From Vicugna vicugna (lineage: Eukaryota), in the NCBI GenBank assembly GCA_013265495.1, contig MU061804.1, positions 682,001 through 746,000 on the forward strand: 64,000 nucleotides of DNA, in the 5' to 3' direction. A program made the position numbers and the translations under genes. Positions 37,536-50,930 of this stretch are shown here, in pieces. The notes under the pieces were generated by a model. The model searched no databases, was not told the origin of the DNA, and worked only from the letters and a program-made list of their open reading frames with translations. Within the stretch, counting starts at the first letter, position 1; each line of letters opens with the position of its first letter.

Positions 37536-40500
37536 TTAATGGCTTCGCACGGGAAGCCCACCCACCGGCCCCCCCTTTGCACGACCGCGCTCTGCCCCTC
37601 CCAGGTCTGATCTGGGGGAAGCCACCCAAGGGGACCTTCTTGACTCGGGACAGGAGGCCAGGGGGGACCAAGTCCAGTTCCCCTCCTTCGGGGTCATGAT
37701 CGCAGGCTCTGCCTCTCGTGACAAATGCCCTCCAACGACCCGGAAACGCCTGCCAGTAGCAGGCGAGCCCCCCCCAGCTACGGGACATGCCTTCCCGTCC
37801 CCCAGTAGCGGGCGGCGGCTGGCAGCCCTCACGGGACTCGGGGCGACGGGGGCCTGCGGCTGGCGCTGGGCGGCGGCCCGCACCTCGCACGGCTCTGCGC
37901 AGCCCCGACGCCTCCGTGGCAGCTCAGGGCCGCATAGTGGGGGTCAGCTGCTGCAAACCAGGGCTTTTTCCCCCAAAGGGCCAGTGGCGAATGTTTCCCA
38001 GCACACCGCCGGGAAGACCCAGGAGGTCCCCTCTCCTCAACCCGGTCTCGTTCCCAGGGATCGTCCTGCCCGCAGCATGCCTGGATGGGCTTCTAACCCA
38101 CAGAAAGTGCTTCCCCACGTGCAGGGCAGCAAGAGGTTCCAAACACAAGAAAATGTCCTGGGGCTGCCCTTCCGGTTAAAAAAGGAAACCAACCAGGATG
38201 GAAAACACACAAAATCTGGATGGTACAGGAGTTAAACGGTGCGTTCAGTTTAAAGTGGTAACGAGTGGGAACTGGAGCTGGACTGGGACTTGCGGGAAGT
38301 GGGGCCCAGTGAACGGTTTCTGGGAGTGGCTAGTTCTCCCCATTTTCTCTGACTCTGTCCTTATTTCCTCTCTGACTGTGAATTCACTTTCTGAGCGAGG
38401 CGGGGCTGGTGGCCACGCCGGGAATCACAGAGCCTGGCTCTCGCTCTCGAAGCAAGTCTGTGCCTCTTCTTCCAAAACAGGTGCATAGGAGCCGTTTGCC
38501 TGAGACGTGCAGCCCCGGGAAATGGGCCCTCGGGGGCGTGTGAGGTGCACTGGGCACCGTGGCCACTCGCCGAGACACGACTCCTTCCCTAGCAGCTAAG
38601 GCCTCGTTCGCGGCGGGAGGCTGCACAGTCCGCCCCGAAGGGACCTCCTGCAGGAGGCAAAGGCTCCACGGGACAGGCACCTTGGGAGGGAGGACACACC
38701 GAGAAGCCGCAGGACAGCAAGGCCCCGCGCCCGCCGTCCAGGGTCTGTGTTCGCGGCGGCGGGCTCAGGTCTCACCATCACCCCTTTTGGTGGGGGGAGG
38801 GTAGGGCCGGCAGTGGTCCAGGGCCATTTCACTGGGAGGTGGGGACACGTTCCTTCAACGGCTGCCTTCACGACGCTCCCGTTGGGATATAATTTTCTTC
38901 TTCATTTTGATTTAATCCAGTTCTAATCAGATTGAACTTGCTCTTTCTTGGGCTTCCTGCCAACTGGCAGGACCCTCTCTTCCTTCCCAGGGATGAGTCA
39001 GACAGCTGACACGCGGATGGAAGCCTTGCCTCCTTCTGCAGTCGGGCACGGGCGGGCGTGCAGAGAGGCCCCTGCCCTCGCGCCCGCCACTCCTCCCGGG
39101 GCCGTGGGCTTGCCCTCCAGAGACAGCACCCCGCAAGTCACCCCTCACTGCAGCTCCAGGCCCCCCGACCATCTTCCTGCCAGCGCACATTTGCAGATCC
39201 TGCTCCTTCCCATGAGCGGGTTTGGGTTGCAGGGCGACCACACAGCTGAGGGCTCACTGTGGCTCTTCTGGACGACTTTGCAGAGAGTTCAAGTTCTTGT
39301 TATAAAATGGCTTCTCCTGAGCCGGGATCAGCCTGCAGTAGGGAAGGGTGATCTGGACGTAGTGTCAGATTTGCTCCTGATCTCGGGGGAGGAATGTGGA
39401 AACACACCTCTTCAAGGTTCAGAGCTCTGGGTTTGTCCCAGCTCAAAATCATTCAACGTACGTCCACCGGGCAGCGTCAGGAAGAGGGGAGCTGGGCCGT
39501 GCCTGGTCCTGACACTGCCCAGCAGAGGGGACACTGCACAGGCCGCTGGGCACCTCTGGGCTCCCTCCCTCCCCTCTGAGAGGAGAGGGCTGTGGTTGTC
39601 ACGTGTGTTGATTCTACTCAGTGAATCCGTTCTGACAGCCCCCGGGTGAACCATCGCCCCTGTATGACAGCGTCACTGTGGGCCAAGGGTTGGACGTAAG
39701 TGGCCTCTCTCCATCACAGCCACCTAGAGGTCGTGCTATTTATGACCCGTGTTTGCTCAGACAGGTGACGAACGTGTAAGAACACTGGGCATCCAGCAAG
39801 CACAGAGCTGGAACCTCCAAACTTCTGCCTCGAGTGGGGTGATGGGTCGATTTCTCAGTGCTTTCCCTGATGGCTCACTATGAACACAGGGCATTTTCTT
39901 GTGTTGGACACAGACTGAAAACTCTCCCACCCTCCAGGCAGCTGACCAGGGCGTCTGTGGTCCTGTGTGTCGTTTTAACCCGGACAGAGGAGCACGTGGC
40001 AAAGGTCCGGTGTGATGGGGCCTCTCACCACCGCCCGTGGGAGGGGTAGGGTTGGAGGCGGGGTCTGCCCTCTCCCACATCTAAGACTGATCCCGACCCC
40101 CCTGTGAGGCGGCGGCTGCAGCCAGAGGTGGGAGAGCGCTGAAGAGGCGCTTCCCTCCTCTGCCCGACTCCCCGACACTCACGTCCCCGGACGTGCAGGA
40201 AAGCCTCGAAGCAGCTGCCCTCCCCCACGTGGCAAGGTGGCCGAGTGTCACCAGGAGCCTTCAGGTGATGGCCCTGGCGTGGCTGCTGGGGGGTCCGGAG
40301 GTGGCCACCCAGGGCTGCTCGGTGCCCCGGTCACATGCTGCCTCGGCCACTTTTCAGCTTCACCTGAGTGAAGGCCGAAATTAGGTGGGCCTTACACTGG
40401 ACAAAGTCGCAGGAAAGCATGATCCACGGCTGTAAACGTCTTTCAGAGAAAGACCGGGACTGGTCAGTCTGACCAGAGCCAAAGAGAAGTCGAATTTCAG

Positions 40501-40994
40501 TCTGTTCCGTTTCTTTGCATTGCAGCTCAAGTCCTCACGCCCTGGCCCAGGGGACACAGGGTGAGGGGGACTGAGTCGTCACTGCTAGCCTGCGGGGCCC
40601 GCGGCCGGAGAGCCCGGGCGGGTGCCCAGCTGCCAGGCTGCTGCTCGGCTGGAAAGCACCCAGGCCACAAATCTCCAATCCTGTGGCCAAGCCCTTCCCG
40701 CCCAAGGGGCCCGGCTGCTGGCGGCCCAGGAGAAGTGCCCAGCCCACCTGGACTGCTGGGGCGGGCAGGGCTGGCCGGAGGCAGGTGGGCCTGGGTACCT
40801 CCCGCCGCAGCCCACACCAGTGGGCTCCCCCTCGCACGTCTGCCCTCCGCCCAGCCAGGCCAAGGACATCCCTTCGAGGCTCCCGAGGGGGACCCGAGTC
40901 CCAGGTTCATCAGAGTCAGAAAAGAACGAAGCCAGAGGAGCAGACAGAGTAAATAAAACAAATGGAAAATTCAAGACCTTTTCCTTGGTCCTGC

Positions 40995-41126
40995 NNNNNN
41001 NNNNNNNNNNNNNNNNNNNNNNNNNNNNNNNNNNNNNNNNNNNNNNNNNNNNNNNNNNNNNNNNNNNNNNNNNNNNNNNNNNNNNNNNNNNNNNNNNNNN
41101 NNNNNNNNNNNNNNNNNNNNNNNNNN
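40995..41126. other. Assembly gap (132 N), the probable location of mutually exclusive exon 8 (predicted about 40999-41102, minus strand)
   Basis: The N run is seen directly. The exon content is inferred from its position just downstream of exon 8a, from the gap size, and from the flank sequence (see findings). Confidence 0.6.
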
Positions 41127-41347
41127 GCAGCCCAGCGAGCAGCCGAGCACGGCCCCGCGCCCCCCGGCCCCGGGCGGGACCGGGGTCCTCTCGGTCAGTC
41201 AGCGGCCAAGCGGCCTGCCCAGCCAAGGCTCGGAATCGGCGGCCGAGTGGAGGCCTTTGGCGCTCTTCCTGGGCCTGGTGACGGATACAGAGGGCCTGGG
41301 GCCTTGCTCAGCTGCGTCGTAGAGGGGACACAGAAACCGGCAGCTTA

Positions 41348-41683
<336 letters not shown>

Positions 41684-44600
41684 CTAGTCACACGTCTAAG
41701 AAGCTGGGTCACCTCAAGAGGTGGTTTTGCTCAGTTGGGTTCATGTGGCCGTCAGGTCTCCCACCGTGCCCGGGACCCCGGCCTCAGCTCTCATGGACAA
41801 GCCGGGGGCTCGGAACCTCCGGGGACACGTGCGTGGGAAGGAGACTTCCTCGAGGGGGGACCGAGCTGCCTCACGGCACCGCAGGCCACGGCCGGGAGGA
41901 CGGGAGCTTGGGTTCACGTGTCTGGGGGACGGTCCCTGCCCTACAGCCCATCAGATCGCAGAGACGCCGTGGACGGTCTCGCGCCCCTGAGTTTCCAAAC
42001 AGATGTCGCACTGGCTAAGTGCTCGAGCTTCCTGAATGGTCCACGTCGGCGTTCCTGAGGTGTGGCCCCGGAACAGCAGCGTCAGCCTCAGTGGGAGCCC
42101 AGGACCAGTCGGGACCGGCACACCCTCGCCTCGAGTTCTCACAAGCCCCTCGGCGAGTCTGATGTGAGCTGATGTCGGGGACCCCTGGTTCTCGTCACCC
42201 TCTCTGCGGCCCCAGGCTCAGAAGCAACGACGTGACGGAGGCTGTGATTCCTCGCACACCTCTGGGCACCGCACACCGGCCGAGGACCCGCAGCAGAGTC
42301 GCGTGGACTCCCAGCCGCCCCAGGTGATGCCAGGTGCGCTGGCGTAGCCGGCCTGACAGGTGCCTGAGGAGGGTCAGGCGTGCTGGGACACGGGCTGCAG
42401 CCCCAGGTCAGCGGGATAGCTGGCGTCTCCTTTGAGAAGTGCCGACAGGGTGAGGTGTCACATCCCAACACGACCTTTCCAAATCTATGTGTTTATCTGG
42501 GGCTATGAGACCTTGGTTGGAGGGATCTACCCAAGGTGGCCGCAGTACAGATACCTGCCTGTGCCCTGGCCTTGGGGTCGCTGGTCTGAGCCGAGGCAGT
42601 AGGAACAGAAGGGTCCCTGACGTGCCCACTTTCCAGGTCACAGTTCAACCCAATTCACGGCGAGGCTGTGGCGCATTCCCAGGGCCATGTGGCCCACCCT
42701 GTTTTCACTCGGCACTGGTCACCTTCTCACTGTGTGGTCCACTCACCATTGTGCACCGTTTGTCTCCCGGGCTGGGGGGCAAGCTGTCGGGAAATGGCCA
42801 TGTGGTGTGCCCCGTGCCCCTACGTGCTTCGAGCAGCACCTCGTACAGGTGGGCCTCAGGGACGTCTGCCACGTGGACGGCGGAGTTCACAGGTGCCGGG
42901 CGCCTCGCGGCACACGGGAAGCCCTTGCCAGTCAGGGGACAGGCGAGCAGACGCCAGGTGGGGGTGCAGCTGCAGGGCTTCGGGTGCTCACGGTCACAGG
43001 CACAGAGCAGGGCCGCGGCGTGAGGCCGCGAGGCCAGCGGGGGCCAGGCTGGGCGGGACCGGGTAGACCTGGCATCAGGGGCCACCGAGGGGAGAGGGGG
43101 CCAGGCAGCAAGGCCGCTGGAGGCCAAGGGGTCCTGAGGCGGGAAGGGGTTCCAGGAACTGGCGATCGCTGGAAACAGAGCCGGTGGCGTGTGGCCATCC
43201 TCCTCTGGGCCGGGGTCTCCCGGAGGCTGAGCACTGGACACCCAGCACAGCAGCGGTCAAGAGGGGGCCAAGCTGGGTGCCTCCTTCATCAAAAGGTCTT
43301 CGTCTGAGCCAAGTCTGTGAAGGAAACCACTGTGCAGGGTGTCCGGAGACACGCTCGCTCCCAGGAGGGGAACACAAGGCTCAGGACTCAGGGGCTGTGG
43401 GTTGACGGTGCTGAGGGCCAGGGAGCCAGGCGTGTGTCGCGGGTTATGATGGGACGTGACCTGACCCTTTATTCTCAGTAGCCATCACATGGAGTCTGTG
43501 TCTGTTCAACCAGGTTCACGAGTGCCTGCTGCGTACAGGACACTGTCCTGCCGCCGTGACAGCCGTGGGGGGAGCAGCCCGGGCAGGAGGAGGGCGCCCG
43601 TGGCCGCTTCTGTGGCACCCGATCCACAGTCCTCACGGTTTCTTCTCCGAGGTTCAGTCTTGCCCGTGACGGTAGGCAGTGCCCCCTCCTCCTCTGCTGG
43701 GAGGTGGGCCCTTTGGGAAGAGCTGGTGAGGCTGGATCCTCGCTTGGCAGAGACAGGCAAGTGCACACAGCACCATGGGCATCAGGCCGTGTCCCCATCA
43801 CGCAGCCGCTCCACTCTACTGGGAAGCACTTCCCTGCTCGCGAGTGGGCGTGAGCAGCACAGAGGGGTCTGTCCCGGGCAGGTCCTGGCTCCTCCCCAGG
43901 TGCAGACCCCACCTTCCTGCGGAAGCCACGGCCAGCTGGCCATGGGCCACCTTGTGGAACTGCCCCCAGATGGGCGGATGGGGACGGGGAGGGAGGGCTG
44001 GCGCCACTGCAGCCTCCGTGAGGGAGGTCTCTCCGGACTGCTCCTTGTGCCCTACATTTTGTGAACATTTAAGCTCACAGAAAACACAGTCCTCTGGGCC
44101 ACACACCTCTGATGACTCAGGTGCCCACACGCCTCGGAGGCTTCCTGGGGCCCCTTTGCAGTTCGAGTGTCCTTTCCTCTGGGCCACATGCAGCATCACC
44201 GGGACCTCAGATGGCTGGAGCTGCAGATCTCAGACCCACAGACGGCCTCAGGGTGACCCCACAACCCCTGTATAACCTCGGGCCCCCCAGACAGCCCATG
44301 AAGAGCCAGGGTCCCGCCCAGGAGACGCACGGCCTCACAGGCCCCGTCCTACTCTCTGGTCTCTGCCTCAGCTGCGGGCTGGCCCTCTCAGAGGGTCAGG
44401 GTGGGGTGGCAGGTATGGGGAGGGGGCTTCCACGGGGGTCCTGGGGCCCCTCCACGGCCCGCTGAGCAGTGCCCAGCAGCCAGAGGAGATTCTCGGCCTG
44501 CCTGGCTCCAGCCTCTGCTTCTCTCTCACTGTTGCCTCTTTGTCCCGGGCCACCTGCTTTGGGGCCGACTGGGCAGCCAGCCTTCGTCCGGTGGCCGGGA

Positions 44601-45750
44601 AGTAGGTCAGCGCCCAGAGCAGTGAGACGGATGACTTCAGTCAGCGGGGACGGGGCCACTTAAAAGACAAGGATAAATAAAGCCATATTTTAAAAAATGA
44701 CCCAGATTGCTGGCCTCCTTATTTAGAGGTGAAGAAAGGACAGGTCCTCTCAAAGCGCGGACGCTGGAAGGTCCTTAGGTCCCTCCTAGGGGAGGTGCGC
44801 AGAGGGGCACCTGGCGTCCGCCGCCGGCAGCCACGGGGCCCCCGGGCCGAGACCAGCAGGGAGACAGAGCATTTACTGGAACCCACACCCGGCTCTTCCC
44901 AGGACCCGCGCCCGGAGCTCAGGGAGCACAGAAGGCAAAGCACGGAAGGCCTTCTGAAGCCCACGTCCAATTTCTGGAGGGGAGCCACTGCCTCGAACCC
45001 TCAGACCCAGCACACACGCCTCCCCTAACAGGAGAAGCCCTGTTTCCTCAGGGCCTCCGTCTGTCCCAGCGGGCAGGCCCCCGGGAGCCTCCACGTTCAG
45101 CACCTTCTCCGCTAAGTTTCCGCTAAGGCACAGCCCCGGGGGTCCCCGAAGTCTGGGCAGCCCGGGCTGGGCGCCAGGAGGCTGTCACCTGCCCTCAGAG
45201 GCAGGAGGTGTGAGCCCAGAGCCTTGTCGTCAGAGGGCGGGGTCTGCTCTGCCCCAAAAGCCGGGGCCCCGGGCGATGGCCTTTGTCACCTTGCCTGTGG
45301 GACACGGTCCCCCCACAGGTCACAGGGGAGCAGCGAGCGGACAGCAGGTCCTACCCGACCCCCTTCTGCCCCGGCCCTGCCGACTGACCAGGAGAGCCCA
45401 GACCGTGGCGGGGATGCCAGCAGGCCGGACGCGAAGGAGGCCAACAAAATCAGCTCCTCCATCGACTTAAAACCTCCCTCCTAGAAACTCAGCGGGGATC
45501 CCGCATGGACGTGGGGAGTGGGGTGCAGGCCTGCGGACGCCGGTTATCCGGGGTGGGCCTCGCGGACACTTGGTGAGGACCCAGGGCCGGCCGGGCTGTT
45601 CCTGTCTGTCGAGACCCCAAAGCACGGTTCTCTCCAGTCTCCCAAAGTGTCACAAAGCTGCTTTTCCTTCTGGCCTGCTCCTGGCCCGGCTCAAGGCCAG
45701 CGAAACCCCGCCTCCTCTGGGAAGCTCTCCCTGCGCTCACTGAGCTCGGC

Positions 45751-45790
45751 CGTGTGCGTGCGCGTGCGTGTGCGTGCGTGTGCACGTGTG
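45751..45790. repeat. 40-bp strictly alternating pyrimidine-purine (CG/TG) tract
   Basis: CGTGTGCGTGCGCGTGCGTGTGCGTGCGTGTGCACGTGTG. Confidence 0.9.
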
Positions 45791-46424
45791 AGCCACGTTC
45801 CCCGGCGTGTCCCCATCTCTCCAATCAGACCCAGGCCCTCGAGCACACACCTGGGGGCACCGTCAGTGCTCACTGAATGTTTGTTAAGTTGATAATCGAG
45901 TAATCAGGACTCTAACGCCAGTGAAGGGAATGGAACAAAGCCTCGTAAGTAAACAGACGATAGCTTTGATAGATGTGAATTCTCCTTCTCAACGTGTTTA
46001 TAAACCACCAGTTTGCCGTGTAGGTAACCGGTTCCCTGCTCAATGCGGCAGGGTGCTGAGTGGGTGCCCCTCTCCCTGGGGCAGCAGAGGCAAGGTTAAG
46101 GGCCACAGGGAGCTGGGAGCCCAACACGCCTGCCCCCGACACCCGTCAGGGAGCCCAGGACGCGGCTTCTGGGCTGCTGGAGGACTTCCCTCAGCTCTGC
46201 GCTTCGAATGGCTCTCAGGCCATCAGCGGAACTCAGATCCCCCACCTCTGCTTGCTTGATGCCTTCAGAGGCTCATTTTCCGTATTTGTGGTGAAATGAG
46301 GTGGAAATGCAGTGGGAGAAAACAGGGTAAAACGCCTGAATTCCACCTGCTTGCATGTAAAGGACCTCCGTCATTAACAAGGGGCATTTCAGCAGTGCCA
46401 AGACCAGAGACCAGAGATGGTGTG

Positions 46425-46660
46425 TTGTGCATGTGCCCACGTGTGTGTACCTGAGTGTGCCTGTGCGTACCTGTGTGTGTACCTGTGTGTCTGTGTGCGT
46501 ACACCTGTGTGTGTACCTGTGTGAGTGTCCGTGTGTGTACCTGTGTGTGTGTCCGTGTGCGTACCTGTGTGTGTGTCCGTGTGCGTACGCCTGTGTGTGT
46601 ACCTGTGTGTGTACCTGTGTGGGTGTCTGTGTGTGCGAACCTGTACGTGTACTTGTGTCT
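46425..46660. repeat. Compound (GT)n / GTGTGTACCT-type micro/minisatellite
   Basis: About eight GTACCTG cores separated by GT runs. The Thr/His and Val/Cys ORFs here are artefacts of the repeat. Confidence 0.9.
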
Positions 46661-48456
46661 GGGAGGAAGGTCTCCCAGGATGTCCTCACGTGTGTGTGTG
46701 GAGCTGACAACTGACTTGTGCAAAGTTAAAACCTTACACTTTCGTTCCCAAGGCCTCCAGCTAAACCCAAACTGAAGCAGAAACACCAAAGACACATCTC
46801 TCCTCTATACGCTGTCTCATTAATATTCTTTCTGATCTTATTTTTAAGCTGAATTCCTAATTTTAAAAATTCAGCAGAAGGACTGATCATGGAGAAACCA
46901 GTGGGGGAAAATGAAAGGTTTTCTCAGGAAGGAGGGGCCAGGGTGTTGGTGGAGGTGAGTCTGGGACATGGGCCAGAGGGGGCCCAGCGACCTCGGGGCT
47001 TGGATCAGAGGGCACCATGGGCAGAGGTGGACAGCAGCCTCCGGATGGACAGCTGTCCAGGGACTGAGATTCTGAGGAGCTGGGTGCCTGGGTTTCCGCA
47101 CGGCACCCACACTGGCTGCGGCCCCTTCCCAGGCCTCGCCAGGGCTCCCAACCCCAGTTCTGGGCCACGCGGCTCCGTCCCCGGGAGCAGGGCCGTCCCC
47201 AGGCTGGGCACGAAGTCAGCGCTGAGCCCTGATGCATGGATGGTGTGACCGCGGAGGGAGGACTGCTCAGATTTCAAGGCGACCCCAGCTCCAGATGGTG
47301 TCTGAGGACCTACGATTGTCCTGGTTCAGGAGCACAGCCCACAGCTCACAAGAGAGCAGTCCAGAACCACCCAGCACTGGGTCACAACACGCCCGAACGG
47401 AGACGTGGAAACTGCGGGGGTGCTGCGAAGGGCCTCCCCTCCCGGCGCCTCGCTGCTCCGCAGGAGACGACACTTATACACGACCACCCTCTGGCTACTT
47501 CTAAGGGGTGCGGTCACTCTGACGGTAAATGGAGAGGCTTTGGCTTAAGAAGCCACTTCCCAAGGAAGTCACTCCCCCAAGCCCGAGGTCTGGCTTGGTT
47601 TCTGAGTGCCCTGTCCCACGCCTTCTCTGTCATCCACAGGCCCCTGGAACGAGCCGGGTGCGAGGTGAGGGGGTGCTGGTTCAGGCCGGTCCCAACGTGT
47701 GGCTTTACCAGCCAAGGAGACGTCCGAGGATTACTGACCAGGCCTGACTGTGCCCTTCATCCACTATCTCTTCAACATCACAAACGTGGGATGAAAACCA
47801 GAGGTAGGAGGTTCAGAGATGCCGCCCCAGGAGGAGGCTGGAGCCTGCCCCTCGCTCCGGGTCACCACCCCCACCCCTCACCGGGCGACAGCCGCTCCTC
47901 TGGGACTTTAGTGGCCTCTTCGCTCCCCAGGAGCACCTGACCAGCTTCCGGTGTCCAGTCACTGTTAGGCCTGAAATCGCAGCTGCCCTCCCCACGCCCT
48001 CCGGACTTGCGTCCTGGACTGGAGGGAAAAGCAGTCCCGAAGGGAAGACCCCACCTTCTGTGGAACCGCCTCTCAGCCGGGGCCCAGCCAGAGCACCACA
48101 TGGGTTCAGTCGGGGAGACTCCAGGGCTGTCGGAGCCCGTCTCCTGGGGCCTTAAGCTGCAGGTGCGGGGCCTGACTACGCGCTCCCGGGGCCACGGCGG
48201 GGCGGGGAGGGTGCCCTCTCCCTGTCTGGCAGGCTGTGGGTGTCATGCCAAAGCACATTGAGTTGTGAGAGTCTGTGTGCTTGGAGATGCAGGCGGAGCG
48301 GCGAGGAGGAGGAGTCCCAAAGAGGGAGGAAGGCAGAGGGAGAGGTGGCCGCAGGACAGTGACAAGCAGAGACCTGGGCCGAAAGCAGGCGCTTTGGGCT
48401 GAGAGGTGCTTCCCTCGGGGACGCTCACGAGAGGTCCTGTTTCGGTTCCCTATGTG

Positions 48457-48506
48457 TGTGTGTGCGTGTGTGCGCACATGTGCATGTGCGCACACACGCA
48501 CACACA
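48457..48506. repeat. Perfect 24-bp inverted repeat with a 2-nt spacer
   Basis: TGTGTGTGCGTGTGTGCGCACATG (48457-48480), then TG, then CATGTGCGCACACACGCACACACA (48483-48506). Confidence 0.95.
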
Positions 48507-48614
48507 GCACAGCTGTTTCAAAAGATGCTGGGTAAGTCAGAGCGAGGCGGCCGTGGGCCTGGGGCCGGCCCCTCCCCGCCCCTCCTCCGCCCCACCCCCA
48601 GCCCGGCACCCCCC

Positions 48615-48721
48615 NNNNNNNNNNNNNNNNNNNNNNNNNNNNNNNNNNNNNNNNNNNNNNNNNNNNNNNNNNNNNNNNNNNNNNNNNNNNNNNNNNNNNN
48701 NNNNNNNNNNNNNNNNNNNNN
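48615..48721. other. Assembly gap (107 N) after a C-rich tract
   Basis: Run of N. Confidence 0.99.
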
Positions 48722-50268
48722 CCACCCACTGCCACCCTGCCCTCCATTTGACGCCATGGGAGGCATTTCCACAGCAACTCGAGGCACAGGCGTGAGGCTC
48801 CTGAGCCCCACTCCCCGCAGTCGGTGCTCTGGGGCCCAGAGGCAGGAGCCGCCGGGCTGCAGGAGGTCCCGAGGAGGAAGGGCCAGTTAGGGCCACTTTG
48901 GGATTTGACCTGCTTTGCAAAAGGGAATTCAGCCTGCCCAGACAGAGGGAGCTCCTCCCCTTTGGGATCAGATTATTCAGAACCAAGTTCTTCCTGCCTG
49001 TCGCTGCATCTCGTCTGAGGGAGGGGTGGTCAGACCTCTGTCCCCTTTGAAAGGGTCACAACATGGCCACTGTGAGGCTACGGTTCAGTCTAGTGTAGCT
49101 GGCTCCCCTAGACCAAGGTTTTCGTCTGAACTGTACGTTGTTATGTCTGAATCCTCGGGACTGGGCACCCCCACAAGCAAGGAACGTGCCATCCTGTTTG
49201 CTGGGTCCCAGGCCCCCTGGCAAGTCTCAGCTGGTCCTTCGCAGAGAGGTACACACTTCACGGCAGTGCTGGGTCTCAGCCTGATGACTCTAACCCCAAA
49301 ACTGGGAGAAGAGGACTTTGGAATCGTTGAAAAACAACTTAGAAGCTGCAATGCCCTGAATTCACAGAGCATCTCTGCGAGGTTCCAGAACTCCGCCTCC
49401 TGGTCGAGGAGGGGGCCGCACCTCTCCTGGCGCTAACTCCTCCCGGTCTGGCAGCTGCGCTCCTGGGAAGGCATCCACCCCTCTCCTCCCCGAGTGGGCT
49501 CTTGGGTGGTTTTGGGGATGGCCAAGTCAATTTGACTGTCTGCAGAACTCTGGGTGCGATGGTATTTTCAAGCCTGGCAACGAGCATTTTCCACCCAAAT
49601 GCTGGGAACAGCGCCGGGCTCTGGCAAGTCACTCCTCGCACTGACGCGGGAGACACTGCAAAGAATGGCATTTTCTGGAGGTCCCACAAATAATGAACTT
49701 GCCTCTGCCAGACAGAGACAAATCAAATATGGCCTGTTTGCTTATGGGACAGGCTGTCCAAAAAGCCGGCACTTCAGCAATGTGAGAGTTGGCAAAGCCG
49801 TGCTGGCTGCTGGGGCAGAAAGGGGCACCTTTAAGGTGAGAGGAGACGGACGGCTGACCGGCTGACCCTTGAGAAGCCGCATTTCTAAATGAGCATCTCA
49901 CAGCCAGCAGGGTGGTTTGTCAGCAGTGGGAATGATCACGTGTGCTCGTCGGATGGGCTGCTCTGCTGTAATTCAGGGAAGGTTGTCGTGAGAGGTAAAA
50001 ACACAACAGCACACGCCAGGATGCTGCCCGCACCAACACGAACGGCTTCCTCTTAGAGTTTCCTCCTTGGCCTCAGAAGGGAGTAACTGTGCCTCCTGGG
50101 GACAGTGCCTCTTTTGGGGACAGAGGCAGGACACACAGAGAAGGGAAGGAGCCCACAACAGGGTGGGGGGAGACCCCTGGTGTCGCTTGTCTTGGGCTGG
50201 TGGGCGGAGAGAGACTCACTAGGTGAAAGTCTCAGTGTGGTTTCTCGGGCAAGACCTGGAAGAAGTCA

Positions 50269-50637
<369 letters not shown>

Positions 50638-50796
50638 TTAGAGAGGAAAGTGGTGGGTGAGCCGGGGGGATGGCAAACGGCCACCGTGACAGCAACACGG
50701 AGCAGACTTCCCTCATGCCCCCAAACACGAGGCACCAGGGACGCATTTTAGGCCGCCACAGACTTCGGAGGTCAGTGCTTTCAACTGATGGTTGTA

Positions 50797-50930
50797 GGGG
50801 GAGGGCACAGCTCAAGTGGTGGAGCGCACGCCTGGCATGCACGAGGTCCTGGTTCAATCCCCAGCACCTCCTCTAAGAATAAACAAATAGGTAAACCTAA
50901 TTACCTGCCCCAGCAAAACAAAAGTAGTAA
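50797..50930 (+). mobile_element. tRNA-derived SINE of camelid type with a degenerate 15-bp target-site duplication
   Basis: GGGGGAGGGCACAGCTCAAGTGGTGGAGCG...GGTTCAATCCCCAG...AAACCTAATTACCTGCCCC. Flanks CAACTGATGGTTGTA (50782-50796) and CAACTACTTGTTGTA (50931-50945) match at 12 of 15 positions. Confidence 0.88.
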
